A stretch of DNA of 64,000 bases from Octopus sinensis (taxonomy: Eukaryota). Location of the stretch: assembly GCF_006345805.1 (NCBI RefSeq), contig NC_043001.1, positions 81,220,001 to 81,284,000 of the forward strand, in the 5' to 3' direction. A model generated the notes under the pieces. The model was not told where the DNA came from and searched no databases. It was given only the letters and a program-made list of their open reading frames with translations. Position numbers and translations under genes: made by a program. Of this stretch, positions 25,076 through 38,090 are shown piece by piece (position 1 is the stretch's first letter; each line of letters starts with the position of its first letter).

Positions 25076-27659
25076 GTGTATATATATGTGTATGTGTGAT
25101 CAGACTCTAAAGAAGCTGGTGGTGTTCTATGTCAACAAGGCTTACATTATGTAGTAAAATCAATAAACAGAATACTGTGGACTATATGTATATAAATATA
25201 TATTTACTCAAACCTCTTTCAGTTTCTGTCGACCAAATCCACTCACAAGGCTTTGGTCAGTCTGGAACTATTGCAGACAAAAACACTTGCCTAAGGTGCT
25301 ACACACTGGGACTGAACTCAATGTGTGGCACCTTAGGCAAGTGTCCTCCTCTTAAATACCACATGGTTGTGAAGCAAACTTCTTAACCCACACAACCATG
25401 CCTTCTATAAATCTATAAAAGCTTGCAGCTATATTTCCTTACCTTACAGTACTAATTCTACAACTCATTCTTTAGTACCGAGGAGAAAATCGAATCGGTT
25501 CCCACTGATCACATTTTGTAGCTCAGTAAGATTGATCAACCATTGGTTAGTGCTTGAGAATGAGAGAAAATGACTAAAAGAAAGAAGTAAGTAAATGAGA
25601 TCGTTTCCATCGTTAGAACAGTTAACAAGAATCTCCAATAAAGCTTTAGCTCCACAACACCCCCATCCCTCATTCTTTCTCTCCACCCACCTCCTCTCAA
25701 TTCTTCATGTATCTTTGGAAACTGATTTCTTTCTCTCACTTCTTTTGCTGCTTTTTTTTTTTTTGTGTGTTTTCTGCAATGTTTCCTTAAATGGATTTGT
25801 AGAAAACTCCTTGGGAATATTCGAGATTTATGGCTAGCTTTATCATCTTAGCATTAATGTACTAACGGAAGCGAAACCAATTGTCTGTGAGATAGCATTG
25901 AGAAGAATATGTCTCTCTCTATATATATATATATATGTATGTGTGTATGTATATGCATGTGTATGTGTATACATATATATATACATACATGTATAAATGT
26001 GTACATGCATATATGTGTTTGTATATATATGTATGTGTGTTTATATGTATACTTGTGATTGTGTGTGCATATATCTATGTATAATCAGCAAATAAATAAA
26101 AACAATGAAATGTCAGTAAAAACAAAGAAATCAAGCCAACAAAAAAAAATAGTATCTTTAAAGAAATTAACAGAAATAAAGCCAAAAGAAATGGAAAATA
26201 TTCATCTTAAATAAAATATGAAACAAATGGAATGGTAGTGATTTATAATGTTGTTGAGTAAAGGCATTGATGATGGTGGTGACAATGGTCGCAGTGGGGG
26301 TTTGCGATGGTAGTAGTAGTTAAAGAAATTTCTTAATTTTATACAGGAACCAATGGGACTAATAATAATAATAATCAAAATAATGACACTGTCTTGCTTT
26401 AGTATTTTATGATAATAGTTATGAAGTCGCTTTATTTTTTTTTGATAATGATAATCCTTTCTACTATAGGCACCAGGCCTGGAATTTCAGTGAGGAGGGG
26501 GCTAGTTGTTTTCATCAATCTTAGTTCTTGATTGATATTTATTTTATTAACCCTGAAAAGATGAAAAGCAAATTAGACTTTGGTGGAATTTGAAACCAAG
26601 ATGCAAAGTCAGAAGGAAAGCTGCTAAGCTTTTTGTCCAGCATACTAATTATTCTGCCTGCTCTCTGATGATGATAATGACAATTATGATAATAATCTTG
26701 TTTATTTGCCACAAGGGTGACAGACATGATAATAACAGTGATTGTTGTGATAGTAGTTATAAATTGAAAGTGCATGGCACAGTGGTTAAAGCGTCAGGTT
26801 CACAATCATAAGGTAGTAGGTTCAATTCTCGGACTGAGTTGTGTCGTGTTCTTGAGCAAGACACTTTATTACACATCCAGTCTACTCTGCCTCTCCTTTC
26901 CATGCCTTGGATAACATCAGTGGCATAGAGATGGGAGGCTGCTATGCATGGGTGTCTGGTGGTCTTCTATAAACAACCTTGCCCAGACTTGTACCTGGGA
27001 GGGTAACTTTCTAGGTTCAATCCTATGGTAATTTATGACTGAAGAGGATCTTTTTTACTTTTTTAGTAGTTATAATAAATATTTCTGTTTATATTAACTC
27101 GAGAACCAGACATATTAATAATAAGTTACAGAAGCCAGTTACAAAAGTAGTAGTTGTAGTAACAAATTGGACATTTCAAATACAAGCACAAAGCCTAAAT
27201 TTGGAGGATCAGGGCTAATCAATTACATCAGCCTCTATACTTGACTGGTACTTTATTTTATTTTTTTATATTTTATTGACCCCATAAGGATGAAAAGCAA
27301 AGAACACACCTTAGTGGAATTTGAATTCAGAATGTAAAGAACCAGAATAAATGCTGCTAGGCATAGCATTTTTTCTGATGTACTGATGATTTTAATAATT
27401 TCATAAATCTTCAGGTTTGGCTGTGTGGTTGAGATGTTAGTTTTCTAACCACATGGTCTCAGGTTCACTTCCACTGCACAAGTGGTAAGTCTCTTTGACT
27501 ACAGCCCTGGGCCAGTTAAAGCTTAGTGAGTAAATTTGGTAGATGTAAGCTGAACTATGTCCGTCGTGTTTATATGCATGTGTGAGTCTGTATGTTTGTG
27601 TATTTGCATCAGTGTGTGTGTGTAGTGGGGATGTATTCATGTTTCTTTGTCTTGATGTC

Positions 27660-27880
27660 CTGCAATTGTTGTAAATGACCATCGTCTGTGAAAGCTTGTA
27701 TGGCTATGGGGGAAATATGATCTTACTTGGAAACAGGTGAGGGTTAGTGACAGGAAAGGCATTCAGCCATAGAAAATCTTTCCTCAAAAAATTCTGCCTG
27801 GATCATGTATACATGGAAAAGTGGATGTTAAAACAGGAATGGTGGTGATGGTGGCAGCAACAGTGATGATGATGATGATA
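27660..27880 (+). mobile_element. Repeat family G (SINE-like 3' part); other copies at about 8220-8420, 14350-14480, 29760-29950, 31940-32150, 34010-34180 and 36480-36830
   Basis: Shared ggggaaatatt...ttggaaacaggtgagggtt.g.gacaggaa.ggcat.cagcc.tagaaaatct...catggaaaagtgga. Confidence 0.75.
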
Positions 27881-28768
27881 TCTTCAATTAACAGTTTCAA
27901 AATACTAGTCGGGAGGACTTGAGATTTCTTCGGAGAATACAAAGAAAACAAAAAAAAAAATTGGTGATGGTGGTAGGGGGAAAAAAGGTTTGTCTCAGTT
28001 TATTTATGCAAGTCACCAAGTCAGTGCCATAATGAATGATTCTTCGGCTAACAAAAAAGCTCCAACTGCCAGCCTTCCCATCCCTCCAAGATAGTGAAGG
28101 AATGACATTGCCATTAATTAAAAAGTAAGCCTGGACATGGGAAAATCTTGGGAAAACAAAGAACAACTGTAGAAGGAAGGAATTGTAGTTGAGATTTTTG
28201 GGAGATTTGTGGAACTTGTAAAAGAAGGAATGGATTGGTTTTTACATGTACGTTGTGGAATTGGAGTATAAGAGAACGTATTGTTAGGGGGTTTTTTAAA
28301 CTTTTTGGGAATTGGTGTTATTGTTGCTATTCTTTATTATTCAACCCACCCTGGCTCCTACCTTTCCATCAGACCCTTCTTTTGTAAATTTTTTAGTTTT
28401 TGATAGAGTTATGGTGAACCTTCCCCTCACTTACTCTCTCTCTCTCCCTCTCTCTCTTTTCCCTCTCTCTTTCTGTCCTCTAGTACTTCCTCCCTCTCTC
28501 TTTCTATCTTCTATTACTTCCTCTCCCTCTCTCTGTGTTTCATATGAATCTACATTGTGTGTGTGTGTGTGCATGCGTGCACACACAAACATGAAAGTGA
28601 ACCAGAGCCAGTGTGTGTGTGCTTGTATTTGTGATCCTTTCTGATTGTATCAGTGTATGTGTGTGTGTTTGCCTTTATGTATATTGTATGTTTAAATGAC
28701 AGAAAGAAAGAGAGAGAATGTATGTATGATTTTGTGTGTGTGTTTATAGGTGTGTAACAGGTATTTAA

Positions 28769-29386
28769 CACTTTCAAAACCAACCCACTTAAGACCACCT
28801 TGGTTCTATGACACAAATTTGTGATTTAAAACTGATCTAAATTAAAACTTTCTTCCATCAAAATTTCATGTTAATTTATGATAATTTATGTTCCAAACAC
28901 AAACTTAAGAACCTTTCCTACAATAAGCACAAGGCCTAAAATGTTTTAGAAGTTGGTGTCTAATTGATTAGACACTGGTGCTATTTTATCGAACCTTGAA
29001 GGGTTAAAGGCAAAGTTGACCTCAGTCGAGTTTGAAGTCAGAACATAAGGGCAAACGACATGTTCCTAAGCATTTTGTCCCGCATGCTAACAATTCTGCC
29101 AGTTCACTGCCTTCAAACACCAGTTAAATAATGACAGTTATTTCATTAAGTTCCTATTTATTTTGAAAATTAATTGAGACAAAGGCTGTGTTTCTCAACA
29201 TAAATGCAGTAACAAGAAGGTTGAAATGATCTAAAAATCTTCCATCAGTATTTCATATTTCAATTTATGTTTCAAACACCATCTCGATAATGACATAGTT
29301 ATTTTACTATGTTCTTCATTATTTTCAAAATTAACTGAATCAAAAGCAATGCATTTTCAATGAAATATGGTAAAAAAAAGAGTTAA
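28769..29386 (-). mobile_element. MITE family F (two right-end units) with a SINE-B inserted at about 28909-29113
   Basis: ttaa-cactttcaaaaccaacc start. The MITE sequence ttc(c)aaacac...ttaa is repeated on both sides of a minus-strand SINE-B. Confidence 0.7.
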
Positions 29387-31522
29387 TGAAATATAATTTT
29401 GCATAAGCTTCTTAGTTGAGTTACTTAGAATGTGGTCAAGTATATCTAAAAACATTGTCATTGTTGAGATGAAAGAAATGGCCATTTCCTTATTATGGTT
29501 TTGTATTGTGTGGTTATTATTTGAAGTATGATGGTGTGTTAGTGGTTGGTACTGGCTGTGTTTCTATGTGCAATAAATAGTGTGGTAAGAAATTTGCTTT
29601 CCTACTACATGGTTCCAAGTTCAGTCCCACTGCATTGCACCTTTGAAGTGTGATCTCTACAGTAGCCCTGGACTGACCAAAACTTTGTGAGTGATTTTGG
29701 TAGATAGAAACTGAAAGCAGCTCATCATGTGTGTATGTATGTATGTATATGTTTGTGTTAATTGTAGATGAGTGTCACTGTCATACAAGCAGTGTCATTC
29801 ATTTCCAATATTTTGCAAGAGCATGTCTGGCTATGGGGAAATATTACCTTGCTTAGAAACAGGTAAGGATTGGCAACAGGAAAGGCACCCAGCCATAGAA
29901 AATTTGCATCAATAAATTCCATCCAACACATGCAAGCATGGAAAAGTGAACAAACAGACTCAGGATCAGAAGCATTCCAACCATGATTATCTTGTCTTTT
30001 TTTTTTGTCATATCTAGAGGTACATTTTCAATGTGTCTTGTAATTTTTAAGATCACAAAAATATGAAATGAGAGGAATCTAGCTGATATGTTTAGCAGTT
30101 TGATGACCATATAGAAGTTCCCTCCATTCCATGCTAGATGTTGAACGTTGTATGAAGGTGGTGTTAGTGTTCTGTATCCAGATATAACAAGGTGTTAGAT
30201 AGTGGAATTTGTAATGTGGAGTGATTTGTGAAAGTAATAATATAGTAATGCTTCTATCACTAGTTATAGTTGTAATATACTATTTGTGGTGTTGATAATA
30301 TGTTGTTGAAAGAATAGTGCTTACAGTGTCTTGTGCAAAAGTGTTGGGTGGTGTCTTGGGCAGAAATCGTGATGCTGGTGGTGGGATGTTGTGCATTATG
30401 CCAAGGTGGTGTTAGTACACTGTACCAATGTGAATAAAGGATATAAAGCTATAGATGATCTTTGTGATATATTTAAATGAGACATAGCTTGTATGTATCA
30501 TCAATATTTCAATAGATAGACACCTGTAAAATTTAGAAATCTTACTACTAAACCCTTCTACTTAAAAACGATTGCCAATTTTCAAAGCTACAAAGTGATA
30601 AAAATTTTTATAGAAACTTCTACATAAAAGCTCTTATTGATATCAAATTGTTTATGTGATAATTCCTACTTGTCGCTGAATTGGGTGAATTCCTGCCGAT
30701 ATTAGCAAACCACTCTGGTGCCATTATATTTAAGAGAATCGTAATGTTCACAAAACCTGTTCTATTTATTGATTAGAATTTTCACTGATGGAAAAGGTCT
30801 TTTCATATGCAAAATCTTTTTAATTTCATTCATTCTCCTAAACCTGATCAACACGACTCTTTATTGTTATATTTGTTTTCCTTTCTTTGTTTCGTTTTTA
30901 TTTAATCTTTCTCTATTTCTACTTCCTCCTCCCTCCTCACCTTTCTCCGACTGACCCCTCTCTATTTCTCCTTCTTATGCAGAATAATTCCTTCACACAC
31001 TCTCTACTTCTCTTGTTCTCAAATTAAATCTCTCCACACGCATAAACATAAACACACACTCACACATCCACATGCACTCTCTTTGTTCTCACGTCATATA
31101 ACTAACTCACACACTCATTCTCAAATCCTCTCTCTCTCTCCCTCTCTACTTACACTCAATATCTTGCTCACACACTTGCTACTTCTCTCATTCTTATATC
31201 CACTCTTTGACTCACGTTCCAATGTATTATGTGACTCATTCTATCATGCACTCATTCACTCAGTGCTAATTTTGCATTAATCCACTCTCCAGATTTCTTT
31301 AGACTTTCTATCTTTCTTTCTAACATTCTTCTTTCTCTCAATTTGAAGATAGATGTCTTCTATGGTTAAAGCATGAGGGTAGCTCATCCTGAAAAAAAGA
31401 TCTGTCAAAATAAAGATGATTGATTGATTGATCAACTATCTACAAAAATCAACCTCTGTAATAATGTCTTTATTAATACATCCTCATCTTTATGCAGATT
31501 TTGTATGTTTATAAATGTGACA

Positions 31523-31924
31523 CAGGTGTGGCTGTGTGGTCAGAAGTTTGCTTCCCAACCACATGGTTCTGAGTTCAGTTCCACTGCTCAGCACATTGGG
31601 CAAGTGTCTTCTACTATAGCTTCAGGGCTGACCAAAGCCCTGTAAGTGGGTTTGGTGGATGGAAACTGAAAGAAGCCCCTTTTATATATATATATATATA
31701 TATATGTTTACATCTTTGTGTTTATGTTTTTGTGTCAATGTTTGTCCCCTATCATCCCTTGACAATTGATGTTGGTATATTAACTTAGCAATTCAGTAAA
31801 AGAGACAAATAGATTAAGTACCAAGCTTTAAAAATAATAAGTACTGGGGTTGATCCAATTGACTAAAATTTTTCAAGGTTGTGCACCAGCATGGCCACAT
31901 TCTGACTGAAACAATTAAAAGATA
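31523..31924 (+). mobile_element. SINE family A, full length
   Basis: Head caggtgtggctgtgtggtcagaagtttgcttcccaaccacatggttctgagttcagttccac and family tail. Confidence 0.85.
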
Positions 31925-32348
31925 TGCCATCATTATAATTATCAGTTAACATCCACTTTTCTATGCTTTACAAACAGAGTTCACTAAGTAGATTTTCTAT
32001 GGCTCGATGCTCTTCCTCTCATCAACCCTCCTCTTTATCAAAGCAAGTTAATATTTATCATGCCCAGACTTGTTTCACAAAGGGCTGGAAGGAAACAATA
32101 TTGCTTGTATGTCTGGGATGCATGCTTACAATCGCCACATAATATCAAGAGAAGGGTGCACTCAAACACACATATATGCACATACATCCATATATAACAA
32201 ATATTTTTCAGTTTTTGTCTACCAAATCCATTCACAAGGCTTAGGATGAACTGAGATTATAGTAGAAGGCACCTGCCCAAGGCACCACACAGTGGGTCCA
32301 TGTGTATTAAATGTTAGAATTGAGATCCTGAAACCAATGAAAGTATTG

Positions 32349-32490
32349 GTGTGGGTGCTGGTGTCACATCAAAAACACTAGTGTTGGTGCCACTTAAAAA
32401 GCACTGGTGCTGGTGCCACGTAAAGAGCACTGGTGCTAGTGCAATGTAAAAGGCACTGGTGCTGGTGCCACATAAAAAAGCACTAGTTGA
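32349..32490. repeat. 26-bp minisatellite, about 5 units
   Basis: Unit actggtgctggtgccacgtaaa(a/g)agc. Confidence 0.9.
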
Positions 32491-32701
32491 TGGTGATGAT
32501 GTGTATGCTCATTTAAGTTTCCTTCCATAATATTCTTCTAACAACTAAGCAATGTTTTTCTTTCTCACTAAAAATGTTCTCACATCAGAATTTTACCTTC
32601 ATTTCATTTCTCTGTTGGTATACCTTCATATCTTTCCTTTATATCTCAGCAAGTTACGCAAGAAGAAAAATATTATATGTTAATCCCTTTATATCTTCCA
32701 G

Positions 32702-32792
32702 ATCATATCGTGATGAAGCTGTCTGTTAGAGTTGGTGGCAAGGATTTCGTCTCTGTAAACTTTACGTTCTTTGACTGCAACGTGCACTCCTC
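32702..32792 (+). CDS. Plxn: Plexin internal coding exon (end of IPT/TIG-like domain, start of PSI2), 91 nt, phase 1 to phase 2
   Basis: Acceptor ccctttatatcttccag| and donor TCCTC|gtaagt. G from the previous exon plus AT gives Asp, then HIVMKLSVRVGGKDFVSVNFTFFDCNVHSS. This directly continues the 1454-1622 peptide as in known plexins (DH...LSVR...DFVS.NF.FFDC..HSSC). Too short for the ORF track. Confidence 0.93.
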
Positions 32793-33332
32793 GTAAGTAA
32801 TCCTCTTTTTCCACTCAGATCTTTTTCCCTATGATTGGTCTTTTTTTTAACTTTTTTTCTAATTGTCTCTTACTTTTATATCTAAGTCTTTCCTATTAAC
32901 ATATATGTAAAACATTTGTACCAATATATATACATTCTGACAGTAGAAATCTTGTGAATAAGTTTACTTTTTCAATAGAACATTGCCATTATTAACCCTT
33001 ATCCTAATTATGTCTGATGTTATTGTCTAATCCGAAGTGAGCCTCACTTCAGAAGACATTTGATCCAAGTGTAACAAGTCTCACAATTTAGATATAGTTT
33101 AGCTAGAAACGATGTGATTTTATGGAAATTTGGCTACTATGTCTTGTAGGTCAAACAGCTATATATACAGGGATTTCTCATTGACTTCTATAAACCATTC
33201 TGTAATCATCACCATGTTGTGGATTTGCATTGTTCAACAATGCGGGTACAGTTGTTCAATAAATTGAATTACTTGCCCCTGAATTTATGTAAGTATCAGT
33301 GGCTGAGTATTCCACTGACATGTAGCAGTGCA

Positions 33333-33622
33333 TGGCTTGGTGTTTAGGGTTTTGAACTCACAATTGTAAGATTGCGGTTTTGATTCCTGGACTGAGTGAT
33401 GTGTTGTGTTCTTGAGCAAAACACTTCATTTCATGTTGCTCCAGTCCACTCAGCTGTAGAAATGAGTACTATTAGTGGCAGCATGTCCCTGAATGGTTAA
33501 GGTGTTGAATTCATGACCATAAGATTGTGGTTTCGATTCCTGGACCAGGCAGTGCATTGTGTTCTTGAGCAAAACACTTCACTTCACATTGCTCCAGTCC
33601 ACTCAGTTGTAGAAATGAGTTT
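33333..33622 (+). mobile_element. Tandem dimer of tRNA-headed SINE family C 5' region; other copies at about 14178-14335 and 26773-27060
   Basis: B-box GGTTTCGATTCC followed by ttgtgttcttgagcaaaacactt...gctccagtccactcag.tgtagaaatgagt, twice. Confidence 0.8.
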
Positions 33623-34532
33623 GGAGAGGGATGGGCTCCACCAGACTTTCTCGTCAGGATACACTGCATAACTGCAGCACCCCAACGACCCTTAAGGGAG
33701 TAAGGGAGTTGTCACTGTCAAGGTGTACCCTTATAAACCTCAGGCAGAATTAACATGAATCAGTGTGTGTCAAGGGTGTACCTATTTAGAATTACAGGAA
33801 CAATCAACCTGATAAATATGTATATGGTTTCAGACTACCATACTTCACTCACAGGATATGGATTGATCCAAGGTCATAGAAAACAATATTTGCTCAAGTT
33901 CTCAAGCAGTAAGATTGAAAATAAGGGCTTGTGGTTTTGCAAAGAATCTGGGGTGAAACAGCAATAACAAAAAGAAAAACTTCAATGAAATCATTTTCAT
34001 ATCATTCTTAAATGTCCACTTTTCCATGCTTGCATTGGTCAGACAGACTTTATTGTCACCTTGTCACCAACCCTAACCTGTTTCTTAGCAAAGAAATATT
34101 TCCCCATGGTCAAACAAGTTTTCACAGAATATTGAAAATGAATTATGCTGCTTGTATGACACTGATACTCATTTATGACTATCATATATTGTTGAAAACG
34201 AAGACACAGACATACACACACACACAAATACATGCACACACACACACACACATACATACATACATGAAAGGCTTCTTTCAACTGACAAGGCTTTAATTGA
34301 CCTGGAGTCACAATAGAAGATACTTGCCCAAGGTGCACTGTGATGAGACTGAACCAAAAGCTTGAGGCTGGGAAGCAAACTTCTTAACCACACAGCCATA
34401 CCTGTGTCTGTTGATTGTAATAATGACAACATCATCATCAATATCAGCATTTAACATCCATTTTCCATGCTAGCAGGGGTTGGATAGTTTGACAGGAGCT
34501 GGCAAGCCAGAGAACTATACTAAGATCTATTG

Positions 34533-34739
34533 CAGGGATTAGTGAACTGAGGTAAATTACCCGAAGTGGGGTAAAAATGAAATTTTGTGGGGTAATGTGG
34601 ACTCATTAGACATAAGTAAAATTATACGCAAAATGTGTTCTTTGTTATCTATGATATTCTTCCTTTCAAATCAAAGGGGTAGCATCGGCGTAAATAAATA
34701 TATTTTGGAGTAATTGGTTACAAAAGTTCCCTGATCCTG
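34533..34739 (+). mobile_element. hAT-like MITE, 207 bp, inserted in a SINE-D copy
   Basis: Imperfect TIRs CAGGGATTAGTGAACT / AGTTCCCTGATCCTG. 8-bp flanks ATCTATTG (34525-34532) and CTCTATCG (34740-34747) match at 6 of 8. Confidence 0.7.
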
Positions 34740-35473
34740 CTCTATCGTCTGCTTTGTATGGTTTTTACAGCTCAGTGCCTTTCCTAATGCCAACTTTACA
34801 GAGTGGTCTGGGTGCTTTTTTACATAGCACCACAGCAGTTAGGTCACCAAGTAACTTTGCAAGGGAAGACCCCACAAATGAAAGGGAGTAGTATTGAAGG
34901 AGGTAACTTTGTGCCGGGCGATGAGAGATTCAAATGGATAATAAAAACAACTACATTTATGACAATATAAATTATAGTATCAACAAACCCAACCACGACC
35001 ACTATTGCGTTTCTACTTCAGTAATGACTGTAGTTTCAAAAAACAATAACATTGACTGCATTTACTTCAATAACATCTACAGAATCAGATTCAATAATAA
35101 CTACTGTATCAAAAACAATAACAACTATAGCAGCAATTTCAATAACAATGTTGTCACCTAAAAATGAATCTCCTTGGACTGAGAAAAGAGAGATTTGCTG
35201 TAAAGGTGTCATAACAAATCTGTGAATGGTCTGCCATATTTGCAGCAATGATTTTATATGTAGCAAAAACAACAATGTTGATGACATCAGGAAGAGTTGT
35301 CTGAAGAAGAATAAAGATAGAGATAGCAGAATTAGAGAGAGAGAGAGAGAGAGACTGAGGAGACTGGCTGCAAGGAGGATGGATTTGTAGATAATGGTGA
35401 CCTAAATAGCAAACAACAACCGGAATAGGTTGAAAGAGAAAAATAAGAAAACCAGATGAAAATAATGTATATG

Positions 35474-35511
<38 letters not shown>

Positions 35512-35630
35512 TTACATATATCTATACACACACAGATGTATGTGTGCATGTGTATACATACATTTATATATCTATATATTTATGCTTACATATATCTATA
35601 CACGCATATGTACGCGTGTGTGTATGTATG

Positions 35631-35675
<45 letters not shown>

Positions 35676-36101
35676 TTGTTATATTTTCATCATTAGTAGC
35701 AATTTTGTCTTTTGTATTCGATTCGATAGTTCTTATTGAAGAATCAGTAAAAAGAAGTTCTTTCCTGGTTTATCCTAATTTTCTATTTTCTGATTCTGGC
35801 TTGTTCTATTTTCTCCCTCCCACTTCCCCATAACCCATCTCCTTCCCTCTTCATTGAGTACTGTCTGAAACGTGTAAACAACAGCACCATCTATTGACTA
35901 TAACAACACTATCATGCATATTATCAGTAAAAACACTGAAGAATCTCAGGGACATATATATATCTTATATAAATACCAGGAATCAGTAATTAAAGTTGTT
36001 TATTAACTTGAAACTCAACTATATCATAAAATTTGTATGAATTCAAGCATATCTGTTGATAATATCAATATATATCTATATCATCAATAACATAGTAGGT
36101 A

Positions 36102-36470
36102 CAGGTATGGCTATGTGGTAGGAAGTTTGCTTCCCATCTACATAGTCTCAGGTTCAGTCCCACTGTTCAGCACCTTGGGCAAGTGTCTTCTACTATAGAC
36201 CCTGGTCAACCAAGCCTTGTGAGTGGACTTGTTTAGATGGAAACTGAAAGAATCCCATCGTGTGTGAGTGTGTTCCCCATCACCACTTGACAACTGGTGT
36301 TGGTTTGCTTACGTCCCCATAGTATAGTGGTTCTGCAAAAGTTATCAATAGAATAAGTACCAGGCTTAATGACAAAACAAGCACTGGGGTTTATTTGCGT
36401 GATTAAACCCTTCACTGCAGTGCTTCAGCATGGCTGCAGTACAGTGACTGAAACAAGTAAAAAAAAAAAA
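36102..36470 (+). mobile_element. SINE family A, full length
   Basis: Colinear with the family; A-rich tail. Confidence 0.85.
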
Positions 36471-37534
36471 ATGATTGTGTTGTCTTGACATCATACAAGC
36501 AGTGTCTTTCATTTCCAATATTTTGTGAAAATATCTGTAACCATGGGAAAATGTTACATTACTTGGAAACAGGTGATGGTTGGCAACAGGAAGAGCATCC
36601 AGCTGTCGAAAATCTGCCTTAACAAACTCAGTTTGACCCTTGCAAGCATGGAAAAGTAGACACTAAAACAATAATGATGATGATCATGATCATCATCATC
36701 ATCCTTTTCAGCTTTTAACATCCATCTTCCATGCTAGCATAAAGGGTTGGGCAGAATTTCTATGGTCACCATTACCTATTTCCAAGCAAGGCAAAATATT
36801 TCCTTGTAACCAGACATGATTTCGCAAACTTATTGATTTATGTCATAGACCGACTTGGAGTTGAACAACTACAACGACAAAAAAGGGCACATTAGATAAT
36901 GTGTTCCAAGATATATTATCTCTAAATATTTGACTGGATGATCAATACTGGAACATCTTCAGATATATGTCCTCTGGATTAGGTTTGACAATGGGTTGTA
37001 GATTAAATATACAGATAAGTGTTTGGAGCTCCTTATTTAATCCAAACTCAGTTTTAATCAATCTCAGACATTGTATATCATCATAGCCAAAAGTCTTTGA
37101 GTTTTTGGTAGCACCTGTACTATTTTTGGTTCTTCCCTTTTGAATGAAACCATATATTGGTACAGCTGCATTGATGCAGTTATATTGTCTGTTCATTATT
37201 AGCTTCTTGCAATACTTGGCATCGACCCTCATCAACTCTTGTTACATACTACCGATAAAATGACTTGTATACATCTTCTCCACTGAAGAATAGAGATTTT
37301 TATTTTCTACATTTCTGCTGCTCCACTTTTACTGTTTCCTCACATGTACTTACAGATTTCCATTTTTAGCTTGCCAAATACAGAATGTTCTTGAAGATGG
37401 ATATTTAGCAGAGTGTATATAGAGAACATACCATTAAGAATCTGTATTTCTGTTTGTATGTAAATGCATGAGTGTGTGTGTGTGTGTGTATATATATATA
37501 TTTGATTGTGGAAGAATAACTGTACATCGTATTC

Positions 37535-38090
37535 TGTTACCTGTTTGTTATTTGACTGCAGCCATGCTGGAGCACATCTTTAAAGGGTTTTAGTTGAACA
37601 AATCAATCCCAGGATTTTTTTTAACTCTAGTACTTATTCTGTCAGTTCTTTTTGCCAAATCACTGAGTTATGGGGATGTAAACACACCAACACCAGTTGT
37701 CAAACGGTGATAGGGGAATAAACTCACACATAGATATAGATATATATATAAGCAGTCATTAGTTTGTTGGGTGGCTGCATTTCTCAGGTGTAAGAGAACA
37801 TATTCTCAATGCCTTTGATGTAAAAACACCTGAAGAGAAGTCATAGCGAAGTGAGACAACTCACATCAAATCCCTTTTTTGGAGGAACAGACATTGACGT
37901 TTTATCCTTGTTTTGACTTGTCAGTGCCCCCCCCCCATATACAATTACTATGGTCTTCTTTCAGTTTCTGTCTACCAAATCCACCCACAAGGCTTAAGGT
38001 TATAGTAGAAGACACTCACCCATGGTGCCATGCAGTGGAACTGAACACAGAACCATGTGGTTGGGAAGCAAGTTTCTTACCACACGCTGT
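37535..38090 (-). mobile_element. SINE family A split by ~190 bp of other sequence
   Basis: 3' half at about 37535-37725 and 5' half at about 37945-38090, same orientation. Confidence 0.7.

Noticed and set aside
32650-32701. Upstream alternative acceptor atatctcag
   Set aside because: It would add 52 nt and shift the frame; the distal acceptor gives the conserved peptide.
36096-36110. 9-nt AG|TAGGTACAG|GTATGG segment
   Set aside because: No pyrimidine tract, and the donor is part of the SINE-A head.
37829-37856. CTGAAGAG...CGAAG hammerhead-like string
   Set aside because: GAAA is broken, and stems II and III do not pair.
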